Below are positions 18,900-28,700 of a stretch of DNA of 64,000 nt, in pieces (position 1 is the stretch's first letter; each line of letters starts with the position of its first letter). The position numbers and the translations under genes were made by a program. The stretch comes from an uncultured Thermoplasmata archaeon (GTDB lineage: Archaea > Thermoplasmatota > Thermoplasmata > SG8-5): NCBI GenBank assembly GCA_964354755.1, contig CAYHBA010000001.1, positions 320,706 to 384,705 of the forward strand, given 5' to 3'. The notes beneath the pieces are model-generated. The model ran no database searches. It was not told where the DNA came from and saw only the letters and a list, made by a program, of their open reading frames with translations.

Positions 18900-19927
18900 T
18901 ATTCCTCACCTCCCAGCATATGCAGGGCCTTCTCGCTGAACACTGTCAGCCTGCCTGCGTCCCCTCCGGGGGCCAGGAGCTCTACGTTCAGCCTGGAGGG
19001 GGACACTATGTCGACGCCCGGAAGGTTGCCGAAGCATTTCCTGACCTTCTCGGTGTTGCTGACCACGAACAGTATGCTTGACGGGCACCTGTATTTCCTC
19101 CCCCTGGTCTTGCCCCGACCGGCTCTGAGATGAATGCCTCCCTTGGCCCGGTCCAGCTCGTTTGACAGACCTAGGGCCAGTAATACTTTGGCAGCCTCCT
19201 TTGTATAGGCGGGCCTCGAGTTCTCCTTCTGGTAATCCTTTGTTATCCTGTCGAACAGTGTCTCGAAATCATCGTTGACGACCATCGGCACTGTTGCGTT
19301 CTCCGGAACCCTGTGGCCTCTGGTGACGACAATGCTCTGGTTCCCGACCGCCGCAAGGGCGGATTTGAGCGCAAGCGCCTTTTCCTTCTTGTTTATCTTC
19401 TCAGTCCAGTCCTTCTCGGCCCTGGGCGGGTGCGCCCTCCTGCCCCCTGGGGTGTTTGGAGCCTGTGCGCCTTTTCCACCGCCGTGAAGCAGCCTCGGTG
19501 TCCTTGCCATTCCGCGGCCTTTTCCCGGCCAAGAGACTGAATGCCTCATTCCGGCCCGGGGTGCGGAGCCGTAAGGCTGGCGCCTGTTCGCCCTGGAGGA
19601 ATTTACAGCCTTTCGGATGATGTCGGGCCTAAACTGGGTCGTGAAAACATAAGGAAGCGGGATGCTCTTCTCGACTTTGCCGTCCAGAGAGTAAACATTG
19701 ACCTCGGACCCCTTTGCCTGAACGGCAATCTTTTTAACCTTCTTTTTTGGAGCCTCGACCGGTTTGGATGATTCCTTCGGAGTTTCGGTCTTGGAAGGAG
19801 CATCCTTCTTGACCGGTATCTTTGGGGCAGGTGCGGCCTCCTTCTTCGGGGCAACCTTCTTCGCGGGCGCCTCTTTCCTGGCGGGGGCCTTATTTTCTGC
19901 TTTCTTGGTTTCTGTCTTCTCTGCCAT
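18899..19927 (-). CDS. rpl4: 50S ribosomal protein uL4 with a K/A/P-rich N-terminal extension
   Basis: FRPDII, GRGMARTPR, GGRRAHPP, KINKKE and LLAPGG.AGRL motifs; start ATG 19927, just after the rpl3 stop. Confidence 0.94.
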   Translation of the reverse strand: MAEKTETKKAENKAPARKEAPAKKVAPKKEAAPAPKIPVKKDAPSKTETPKESSKPVEAPKKKVKKIAVQAKGSEVNVYSLDGKVEKSIPLPYVFTTQFRPDIIRKAVNSSRANRRQPYGSAPRAGMRHSVSWPGKGRGMARTPRLLHGGGKGAQAPNTPGGRRAHPPRAEKDWTEKINKKEKALALKSALAAVGNQSIVVTRGHRVPENATVPMVVNDDFETLFDRITKDYQKENSRPAYTKEAAKVLLALGLSNELDRAKGGIHLRAGRGKTRGRKYRCPSSILFVVSNTEKVRKCFGNLPGVDIVSPSRLNVELLAPGGDAGRLTVFSEKALHMLGGEE

Positions 19928-19932
19928 TCTGC

Positions 19933-20922
19933 TCACGCCCCCTGCTTCGATTCCCTGGAGATATATACAATATCCGGGGACTCGACCTTGACGCCGACAG
20001 TGTACCTGGTGGCGTCCCTGAATCTTATCAGCCGCTTTGTCGGGCCCGGCACCGAGCCATGAACTATTACGTACTGGTTCACCACTTTTCCGTAGTGGAG
20101 GAAACCGCCGTTCGGCGTTATCTCGTCCTCCGGGCTTCCTATCTTGAGGACGCGCTTGTTGTACTCGGTCCTCTGGTGATAGCCAGTCTGCCCAGCTTGA
20201 GGGACAGTGGGCCTCACGTATTTCGGGGATTTCGGGCCGAGCGTACCGATCATCCTCCTGTGCTTGCTGTTCTTGTGAGAGAGCAGCTTCACTCCCCATC
20301 TCTTCGTATGGCCCTGGAAGCCATAACCGGCTGTTATCGCGGCCACGTCGATCATCTGGCCGGGCTTGGTGAAATCTGTGATTGCAATTTCCTTTCCCAG
20401 AAGGGATTTGGCATAGTCCATCCTCTCCTGGACCGTTCCGCCGCCCACGCGAACCTCCATGAGCTCCGGCACCTTTTTCGGTATTCCGGTGACCATTTTC
20501 GGAATCGTGTGCATTATCACGCGGACCTCTTCCACGTCGGCGGTTTCCACATCCTCTCCGTGCTTCTTCTTGGGCAAGGGTTTTCTCTTGGCCAGTTCCT
20601 TGTCGAACTTGCTGGTCCACACCTCGCCAAGGCTCTTCAGCCCGTAGCTGCTTCCGCCGTAATATCTCACGGCCACGACCTTCATCGGCGGCGTCTCCAG
20701 GACAGTCACGGGAATCTGGACCTCCTGCCCGGCTGTCGTGCTGGTAGGCCTGTAGTCAGTCATGAAGGCATGCGTCATGCCGGCCTTGTATCCGGCAAAA
20801 CCCTGAATCCTCGGCCCCTCGCGGCTTTCAGGCCACGAACTGAACTTGGGTACCGGGCTTTTCGCTCTCACGCGCGGAGAGTAACCTCTCGAACCTCTTT
20901 TCGGTCTGCTTGGTGCTGCCAT
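19933..20922 (-). CDS. rpl3: 50S ribosomal protein uL3
   Basis: GYKAGMTH, GQTGYHQRTEYNK and GSVPGP.KRL motifs. Confidence 0.97.
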   Translation of the reverse strand: MAAPSRPKRGSRGYSPRVRAKSPVPKFSSWPESREGPRIQGFAGYKAGMTHAFMTDYRPTSTTAGQEVQIPVTVLETPPMKVVAVRYYGGSSYGLKSLGEVWTSKFDKELAKRKPLPKKKHGEDVETADVEEVRVIMHTIPKMVTGIPKKVPELMEVRVGGGTVQERMDYAKSLLGKEIAITDFTKPGQMIDVAAITAGYGFQGHTKRWGVKLLSHKNSKHRRMIGTLGPKSPKYVRPTVPQAGQTGYHQRTEYNKRVLKIGSPEDEITPNGGFLHYGKVVNQYVIVHGSVPGPTKRLIRFRDATRYTVGVKVESPDIVYISRESKQGA

Positions 20923-21112
20923 TCTTTTGCCCCCTGGGGGTGAGCGCCGCTACGCTGAGTTGCGCTGCATTCCGCCGTTCCTATGTTCGACGGTGAGTCG
21001 TGCCAGTCCGATATTTCAGGCCAACCGTGACGGGGGCCGTCCCTCAAAACATCGTCGGGGACAGCTATGGGAATGACTATCCCAAGCCGTGTGGTTGACA
21101 TATCAACCTGGC
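20923..21112 (-). promoter_or_regulatory. Long structured 5' leader of the rpl3 operon (candidate r-protein leader)
   Basis: About 190 nt between the predicted transcription start and the rpl3 ATG, with hairpins at 21093-21108, 21068-21084, 21039-21062 and 20975-20993. Confidence 0.5.
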
Positions 21113-21134
21113 GGATTGCGGGATAAGATGGGGG

Positions 21135-21142
21135 TATATAAA
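21135..21142 (-). promoter_or_regulatory. TATA box of the ribosomal protein operon
   Basis: TTTATATA on the minus strand in the divergent intergenic region. Confidence 0.65.
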
Positions 21143-21231
21143 GATAATGGATTTTGCCAGTCTGAACCGCGTCTCGGGCGCCATCCTCAGAAAGGTTAAT
21201 ATTGCGAGGGCCACTGACACGGCCGATGACC

Positions 21232-22581
21232 ATGAAAGTAGTGGTAATAGGCATGGGCTATGTCGGCATTCCCGCAGCAGCTCTTTTCGCGGATGTCGAG
21301 GGATTCACTGTCACGGGCGTCCAGAGGAAATCGGCCCGTTCCGGCTGGAAGATTGACTGGCTCAATCAGGGGAAGAACCCGATTGGCGGAGACGAGCCAG
21401 GCCTGGAGGAACTGCTGCGGCGCGTGCACAAGAGGGGATCTTTCAAGGTGGTGGACGATTACTCGGCGGTGAAGGATGCCGATGCCGTTCTCATAGATGT
21501 CCAGACGCCCACCGATGAGGACCACATCCCAAGGTACGAATCGCTCAAAGAGGTCAGCCAGACCATATCCAAGCTCATAAAGAAAAATGGGCTTGTCGTC
21601 ATCGAATCCACTGTTGCCCCCGGAACCACGGAGCATATGGTGAAGCCCATCCTGGAGAAGGGCTCGGGCATGAAGGCCGGAAAGGACTTCTACCTGGCAT
21701 TTTCATATGAGAGGGTCATGGTCGGACGATTGCTGAAGAACATCACTGACCTTCCGAGGATAGTCGGCGGGATTGACAGCGAGAGCACAAAGAGGGCCAT
21801 GGCCTTGTACAAGCACATTGTCAAGGCGCCGCTGCATGCTACGGACTCGCTCACTGCCGAGGTCGCCAAGGTCGTGGAGAACACCTACCGGGACGTGAAC
21901 ATAGCCTTCGCAAACGAGGTGGCAGTGGCATGCGAGAGCCTGGGCGTGGACGTGTACAAGGTGAGGGAGCTGGTCAACACCCTTCCCAACGATCCTTCGA
22001 ACCCCTCCACCAACCCTGTGAGGAACATGCATTTCCCCGGTGCCGGGGTCGGCGGCCATTGCCTTCCGAAGGACCCCTGGCTTTTCAAGTACGGCCTGGA
22101 CACGTACGGAAAATTCAAATTCGAGCCGAAGATAATCGTGAACAGCAGGCATCTCAATGACTGGATGCCGGTTCACATCGTGGACATCCTCGAGCAGGAG
22201 CTGACCAAGGCAGGAAAGAAAATGAAAGGGGCCAAGGTGGCAATCCTCGGGGTCGCATTCCTCGAGAACTCGGACGACACGAGGAACTCGCCGTCCATGA
22301 TTTTCTACGACGAGCTGGTGAAACGGGGAGCAAAACCCGTGCTCCACGACCATCTTGTCAGGGAATTCGTGAGGCCCTATACCAATGACCTGGAAAAGGC
22401 GGTCGGGGGCTCGGACGCCATCATCCTGGCGGTCAAGCACAGCATCTACAGGGACCTGGACTTCGCTGCCCTGAAGAAAAGGGTCAGCACGCCCATCCTG
22501 ATCGACGGAAGGAATTTCTACACAAAAGAGAAAATTGAGAAAGCTGGCTTCATATACCGCGGCATAGGAAAGCCGGAATGA
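21232..22581 (+). CDS. Nucleotide-sugar dehydrogenase (UDP-ManNAc/UDP-GlcNAc dehydrogenase, WecC-like)
   Basis: GMGYVG Rossmann motif, ESTV.PGTT, KVVENTYRDVNIAFANE, GVGGHCLPKDP and DDTRNSP. Confidence 0.92.
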   Translation: MKVVVIGMGYVGIPAAALFADVEGFTVTGVQRKSARSGWKIDWLNQGKNPIGGDEPGLEELLRRVHKRGSFKVVDDYSAVKDADAVLIDVQTPTDEDHIPRYESLKEVSQTISKLIKKNGLVVIESTVAPGTTEHMVKPILEKGSGMKAGKDFYLAFSYERVMVGRLLKNITDLPRIVGGIDSESTKRAMALYKHIVKAPLHATDSLTAEVAKVVENTYRDVNIAFANEVAVACESLGVDVYKVRELVNTLPNDPSNPSTNPVRNMHFPGAGVGGHCLPKDPWLFKYGLDTYGKFKFEPKIIVNSRHLNDWMPVHIVDILEQELTKAGKKMKGAKVAILGVAFLENSDDTRNSPSMIFYDELVKRGAKPVLHDHLVREFVRPYTNDLEKAVGGSDAIILAVKHSIYRDLDFAALKKRVSTPILIDGRNFYTKEKIEKAGFIYRGIGKPE

Positions 22582-23040
22582 TCACTCGTATACGTTTGTC
22601 GAGGCGGACAGCATGACGCCGGCCGGAACGAACGATATCGTGACCAGGAGCGGGATGAAGAAGCCGTAGAAGAGCACGTTCTTCAGGAATCCGGAGCCGT
22701 ACTCCGCAAGGTCCAGCAATTTTGGCAGCATCATCAGGAAGATGCAGATGCCTATGGATGTGAAACCGATGAGTAGGGAGAATATAAGAGCCCGTTTCGG
22801 GCTGTCGAATGCGAAGCCGAGAATCAGGCCAGCGAAGAAAGGCGTCATGACGAGTATCAGAATCCCTATCACTGAACCGAACAGGCCCCACGGAAGCTCG
22901 CTCAGCGCATATATCAGGTAGACCGATGACATCATGCAAAGGGCGAATCCTGTCTTTGCCAGCATCCAAGGAAGGGAATTGTACTTCGCATGGTCGAAAT
23001 CGGATGTCTGCCCGTCCTGGCGGTCCCACAGGACTCCCAA
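22582..23040 (-). CDS. Hypothetical four-TM membrane protein
   Basis: 152 aa with four hydrophobic segments; TTG start is uncertain. Confidence 0.65.
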   Translation of the reverse strand: MGVLWDRQDGQTSDFDHAKYNSLPWMLAKTGFALCMMSSVYLIYALSELPWGLFGSVIGILILVMTPFFAGLILGFAFDSPKRALIFSLLIGFTSIGICIFLMMLPKLLDLAEYGSGFLKNVLFYGFFIPLLVTISFVPAGVMLSASTNVYE

Positions 23041-23081
23041 ATCCGTAACTGGATTTGTTCGAGGGGGTTCATTCGAGATGC

Positions 23082-23555
23082 CTATGTGACCACCTCCACA
23101 CCCTTCTCCTCGAAAGCAAGATTAGTGACAAGGTCGCGCTCCGGCACGTACAGCCTGAGGTTGAGCGCGATATCTGCAGAGCCTGTGCCTTTGATGGTGT
23201 CCAAGTCTGCTTGGGCAAGGTCTACATACAGTATCACAGTGGTGGTATTATCAGCTTTGATGCGGGTGGATGCGAGTGCAATGGGGTATGCTGTTCCCAG
23301 GGTCAGGTTGCCGTCGGCGCCGGTTCCCCCAAGGTCGATGTCCAGGCCTCCTGGGTTCTCCACCCTGAGGCGTATCACTAGTCGTTCTTCGCGTTCTTCG
23401 CTAAGCCAGGCCTCCGCGACCGAGACCTTCAGGCCGTAGCCGTCGCTGGCATAATTCAGGTAAGTCAGGACGGAGAAGGCCATGATTATGACCGAGATCA
23501 TGCCGATGGCCAAAAAAAGCCAGTGCAATGCCTGCCTAGCGCTGCGTATTTTCAT
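23082..23555 (-). CDS. Membrane-anchored protein, possibly LEA_2-like fold
   Basis: N-terminal TM, then an 'LVIRLRVENPG' beta-strand/NP motif. Confidence 0.6.
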   Translation of the reverse strand: MKIRSARQALHWLFLAIGMISVIIMAFSVLTYLNYASDGYGLKVSVAEAWLSEEREERLVIRLRVENPGGLDIDLGGTGADGNLTLGTAYPIALASTRIKADNTTTVILYVDLAQADLDTIKGTGSADIALNLRLYVPERDLVTNLAFEEKGVEVVT

Positions 23556-23625
23556 GTGCAATACAGTAAACAATCTCAATATAATTAATATATCATTGAT
23601 AATATTCTCAATAACGGCTGGTAGT

Positions 23626-24714
23626 TTACTGTTTGCCCTTGCTCGAGAGCTTCATGAATGCGAACAGGAGCGCCTGCATGTACTTGCCGCTGCTCTTTAG
23701 GCTTGTAACGTCCCCGTTCCATTCCTTCAGCTGCAGCTGGTCTTCCTTCTCCATGAGAGTGAGAACTTTCGTGACAATCTTCTCGCTCCACGGGTCCACC
23801 GAACCCTCGGTGATGGCTATCACTATCGTGAACCTGCCGCTCTGGACAAGTATGTATCTGTTGTCCACGGGTATGACATTGAGCTTCTGAGGTACGTACT
23901 TTGGCGAGCGCAGGAAGTTCCTGCCCGTTTTAAGGTCGCCAAACAGTTCCTTCTGCTGGTCCTTTGAAACGACCCTGTTCGTGTGATGCGAGATGAATCT
24001 CCCGTCTTTATAGAGCAGGAACAGGTCTTTTACGACCATTGGGACGCGCCGCCTCTGGCTTTCCGTCCTGGGCTGTTCTGACCCGGAACTTGATATCTGG
24101 GCTCTCAAGCCTTCCTCGGCATACGCCTCCTTGTACTCCCGCTTCAGCTCGCTGAACTCAATCTCAATGCTCTCCGGATCTGCGGACTCGGCCAATTTGG
24201 CCCTGAAGGTTTCCACGCTGGCCTTCATCGAAGGCAGGACCATCTTATCCAACATTGATAAAATCTCCTTTGTCCTGCACTTCTTATTCAAGCCATTGAA
24301 GAGCGCATAAGCGGCCTCATGCTGCATGGGCTGGGAAAGGAGCCTGTTGAGTTCTCCGACCTCGGCCTCGAATCCTGCAGTGTCAAGCTTCTGAAGCTCG
24401 CCTTTTATGACGCCGTTTATCCCTATCCCCTTCTCAAAAGTGTCAATGGCCCCTTTCAGTTCCGAAGGAGAAGCTGTCTCGGCCAGCGTTTCGAGCTGGG
24501 AGACATCGTGTCCGTCAGCGGTGAATTTCGCAAGCTGGGTCCTGAACTTTTTTGATTTCTTGTCCTTGGAGTCGTCCTTGGCCGAACCCCCGATGACCTC
24601 GGAAACCGCATCGGCCAGTGCCGGTGCCGCCTCTGAATCCTGTCTTGCCTGGGGCGATTCAGAAATCTGTCTGTCTCTGTCTTTGCCTTTTTTTCCACCT
24701 TTCTTTCTGGCCAT
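23626..24714 (-). CDS. Helical protein with a C-terminal longin/roadblock-like domain
   Basis: C-terminal 'VKDLFLLYKDGRFISH...WNGD' domain; directly downstream of a KaiC-like gene. Confidence 0.65.
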   Translation of the reverse strand: MARKKGGKKGKDRDRQISESPQARQDSEAAPALADAVSEVIGGSAKDDSKDKKSKKFRTQLAKFTADGHDVSQLETLAETASPSELKGAIDTFEKGIGINGVIKGELQKLDTAGFEAEVGELNRLLSQPMQHEAAYALFNGLNKKCRTKEILSMLDKMVLPSMKASVETFRAKLAESADPESIEIEFSELKREYKEAYAEEGLRAQISSSGSEQPRTESQRRRVPMVVKDLFLLYKDGRFISHHTNRVVSKDQQKELFGDLKTGRNFLRSPKYVPQKLNVIPVDNRYILVQSGRFTIVIAITEGSVDPWSEKIVTKVLTLMEKEDQLQLKEWNGDVTSLKSSGKYMQALLFAFMKLSSKGKQ

Positions 24715-24747
24715 CTCTTTGCCTCCGATCCACCGAGCTGTTCCGGT

Positions 24748-25497
24748 TTATTGGCTGATGACTTCGAACTTGCCGTTCTCGAATATCAGCGGCATAAACT
24801 GTCTGGAGTGGTGGGTCTTACGCATCTTGACTACTCCTAGGTAAAGATTGGCTCCCCTATCGGTCTGCTCGACCTTGAGGTGGATTATACCGTCGGAGAG
24901 GAAATCCTCTATGCCATAGAGACCGTACACCTGGCGGTCGGTCGGCATCTCGGAAATCAGGAATGTGGTAACGCCGAGGTCGCGTATCTGCTCGAAGAAT
25001 TGGAACAATTCCCCGCGCGGGTTCTTGAACGTGGTCAGCGCGTAAACGGCTGCCAGCGAGTCCAGGACCAGTGCCTCGCATCCGAACTTCTGCTTGTAGT
25101 TCTTGAGAACGCCGATGATGGATTTGAGCCAGTCCACATTCTGGGGCTTGGTCTTGTCCACAGTGATGTCCTTCCTGACGCGGGCCAGGTCCACGACAAC
25201 CAGGTCGTCCAGTCCCCTCGAAGGCAGGCCCAGCTTCTCGACATGGTCAAGTATGCTCTGCTTGCTCTGTTCAAGGGTGAGGTAAATAGCCCTCAGTCCG
25301 TTCTTTTTGCATCCGTTGTAAATGATGCTGTAACCGACGGTCGATTTCATTGTGCCTGCGTGACCGCAAATCAGCACTATGTAATTTCTCGGCACTCCTC
25401 CCTCAAGTATCTCGTCGAGTCCGATGATATGGGTCGGTATCCTTGAGTCCACGCCGCCCGTTTCCTCGGGCGCCTGTACATTTTCTTCTCCAGACAT
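24748..25497 (-). CDS. KaiC/RAD55-like RecA-superfamily ATPase
   Basis: T.I.GLDEILEGG, Walker A GHAGTMKS, YLTLEQ, Walker B LVLDS, EDFLSDGII and VKMRKT. Confidence 0.9.
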   Translation of the reverse strand: MSGEENVQAPEETGGVDSRIPTHIIGLDEILEGGVPRNYIVLICGHAGTMKSTVGYSIIYNGCKKNGLRAIYLTLEQSKQSILDHVEKLGLPSRGLDDLVVVDLARVRKDITVDKTKPQNVDWLKSIIGVLKNYKQKFGCEALVLDSLAAVYALTTFKNPRGELFQFFEQIRDLGVTTFLISEMPTDRQVYGLYGIEDFLSDGIIHLKVEQTDRGANLYLGVVKMRKTHHSRQFMPLIFENGKFEVISQ

Positions 25498-25775
25498 ATG
25501 AATCCCAGTCCTCATATTTGATTGTGGAATTAATTTCGCACTCATGAGATATAGAACAGCTATATATACTTTTTACGGAGGATTGAGATATTACCAAGTG
25601 TCCAAAGGTGTGCCATATAATTCTTCAGTTAACAGTTAAATCATAAATATTCGTAATTGTATAGTTAATTATTTATATCACCGCATTTATTTGCTGAATA
25701 ACCTAAACCTGAGAAACAATGAAATATTCATTCCTAAATCAATGGAATGAAATGAATGAATAGGAGAGGAAACGG

Positions 25776-28700
25776 ATGAAAACAACCAAAGTTTTAAGTG
25801 CACTAGTAATCGGAATGATGATAGTGTCCAGTATCCCTCTGTTCGCCACAGCCCAGTCGACAAGTGGCGAGCTCGTCATAGCTCTGCAGCAGGACATGAC
25901 TAGCATGAATCCCTGGGACCCTGACACGAACGATGTATGGAAAACTTTTCAGATAGGTTGGAACTTCGAGGGCCTTATGGCCTACAACCCTGATTATGAA
26001 CTATACCCCGTTCTGGCGGCACCGAGCGCAACTGGACCCAATGGAGTGGATGCGACCATCACAAATGGTGGAATGAATATCTCTGTCAACATAAGACAGG
26101 GCGTCACGTTCCATGACGGAACCGCAATGGACTCCCAAGATGTAGTGTTCTCATACCAGACACTCGGATGGGGCCTTTTCCAGACGCAGGTCCTCGGGCC
26201 GCTGTACTGGGATGACGGCACAACCTTCACCCGGTACGATGGCGGAGTATGCAAGATCGGCGTCGAAACCAACGGAACATACAGGGTGGACTTCCGCCTG
26301 AACGGCAACTATGCCATGTTCTGGTACCTGACAATGGCCGTCCCGATCATGCCGCACCATATATGGAACACACACACTATCGATATGGTTCCAGCTGACT
26401 ATCCAGCATACAATGTCACAGACGAGAAGAGCTGGGATTACAGCTTCGGAGACGATACCACAGAAACGACTGCAACGATCGGTACAGGGCCTCTGATGCT
26501 CCAGAGCTGGGTAAAGGAGCAAGGCTCAATTATTGTGCCATACACAGGCTACTGGGATATAACCGGCACTACCACATGGCAGAGTGTGAATTACCCGAAC
26601 TACCCACAGAACGTCGACAAGATACGATTCAAGATATACACACAGCTGGACGTCGCAATACTGGCTCTCCAGAACGGCGATGTGCACCACCTCCCGTGGT
26701 CTCTGACACCGGGCTACTACAACCTGCTCAAGACAGACCCCAACATAGGGATCGAGCTGAACAAGGACCAGGGATTCTTTTACATGTCCTACAACTTCAG
26801 GAAAGGCGCGATAGCTGACGTCAACTTCAGAAGGGCAGTGGCCTACTGCGTTGACAAGCAGTACATCGTGGACAGGCTGATGGGCGGATACGGCATCCAG
26901 GGAAGCGTCCCTATGTCCGTGACTAACACATATTACGTTAATACATCAGTCCCAGCATGGATTGCTGGAGGAGACCTGAACGCGGCAAAGGCGCTTCTTG
27001 ACACAAACGGCTACACCGACAAGAACAGCGACGGCTGGAGGGACATGCCCGACGGCTCCCCGCTCAAGTACAACATACTGACGCCGCCGAAGGACTACGA
27101 CCCGATAAGGGCTGACGCCGGCATCATGATCGAGAAGAACCTCAAGTCTATCGGCCTGAACATCGCGGCCGTGCCGACAAGCTTCGACACAATAGTGAGC
27201 GCGGCATATGTCTCGCTGGACTTCGACATGTACATCCTCGGATGGTCTGTCGGTTCATTCCCTGAGTCATACCTGAGGGACTTCTTCCACGGCGACTCCG
27301 ATGTTGCAATGAACCCGGCCGGCTCCAACGCAGCCGGTTACCACAACGCAACGGTCGATGGCATGATAGATGCCATGGAAGAAGAGATGGACACAGAGGC
27401 AAGGGCCCAGATGATAAAGGATATCTGCGGAGCAACAATGATGGATGTTCCGTACGATGTTCTTTACTACAGGACCAACATCGAAGCCTACCGCAAGGAC
27501 ATCTGGTCCGGTTGGGTACCTGCATTCGGAACCATTTACAACGGATTCTCGGTATTCAACCTGGGCGCAACGCCCAGCAGCGGCGGCGGCGAGGGCGGGG
27601 AATCAGGCGGAACGCCCGGATACTCTGACGGAGCTGCAGACAAGGTCGCATTCAACGGCACGATGGCCCTTGACGCTGTCATGACAATGCCCGACTCTGT
27701 ATCCACGGATTCAAGCTTCGTGGCCACTGTCATGGTCAATGAGTTCTACGAGAACACGACCACCCATGTAAAGGACACAAGGGCCTGCGTCGGGGCAAAT
27801 GTCCAGTTCATAGCGGATATCGGCCAGTTCGCCAACGTCACGACTGGCGCGAACGGAAAGGCAAATTTCGTTGTGGATGTTGACTGGGCCAACTATGGTT
27901 CAATCAATGTGTTCGCTAACGCCAGCAAGGGTACGTTCTTCAAGACGATGTCCCAGGATATCACTGTTAACTTCATACCTGCGACAGCCACGCTCAGCCT
28001 CTCTGCCGAACACGCAGTTATCGCACCTGGCGGAAATACAAATGTCACTGCGAAAGTCACCGATATCAATGGCGACCCAATGGCCGGAGTGACTGTCAGC
28101 GTTGACAACAACCTGATGTTCGGATGGTCAAGCAGCAATGCGTCTGCCACGAATGCAGGCGGAGAGGTTTTATTCGTCTACCACGCGCCTCCCACATCAA
28201 TGCTGCCCAATACAAACAGGTACGAGCAATTCAAGGCAACCATCACGGTGCCCGGAACAATCATACCCGAAGTTCAGGCCACATCGCTCATCATCGGCAT
28301 CCAGAACAGCGTAAGGGACTGGTACTCGATTGACATAACAAGTGTTACCGAATACGTCATCTCGGGTAACCTGTCAGGCACGCTTCCACTGACCACAGAT
28401 GTAACAGCCACCATTCTGAACCAGGCCGGGACACCGGTGAACGGCGTCAAGGTCAATATATCGGTTGACAACACCATAGCGACACCTGATGCACTTGTGA
28501 AGACCACAGCCGGAGCTGGAACAGTAACATTCACCCTGACCGCAGTGGACCTGGGAAATAATACCCAGAGCACACCGGTCAAAGTCTACAACTACACAAA
28601 AGCCTACGCCACATCAGACATGTTCCTGCTTTGCAACGCCAACGAGACCAACACAACGACCGGATACGCAGCGGATATCGACTTCGACGCAATGGTCGAG

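Noticed and set aside
19928..20620. 573-aa ORF suggesting a long uL4 fusion
   Set aside because: The upstream part is an alternative frame overlapping rpl3; the plausible start is ATG 19927.
13313..20943. Long plus-strand ORFs (e.g. 14641-15768, 16860-17897, 19822-20943)
   Set aside because: Antisense shadows of ribosomal protein genes with GC-rich third codon positions. The same applies to 31896-33092, 35280-36449 and 53127-54194.
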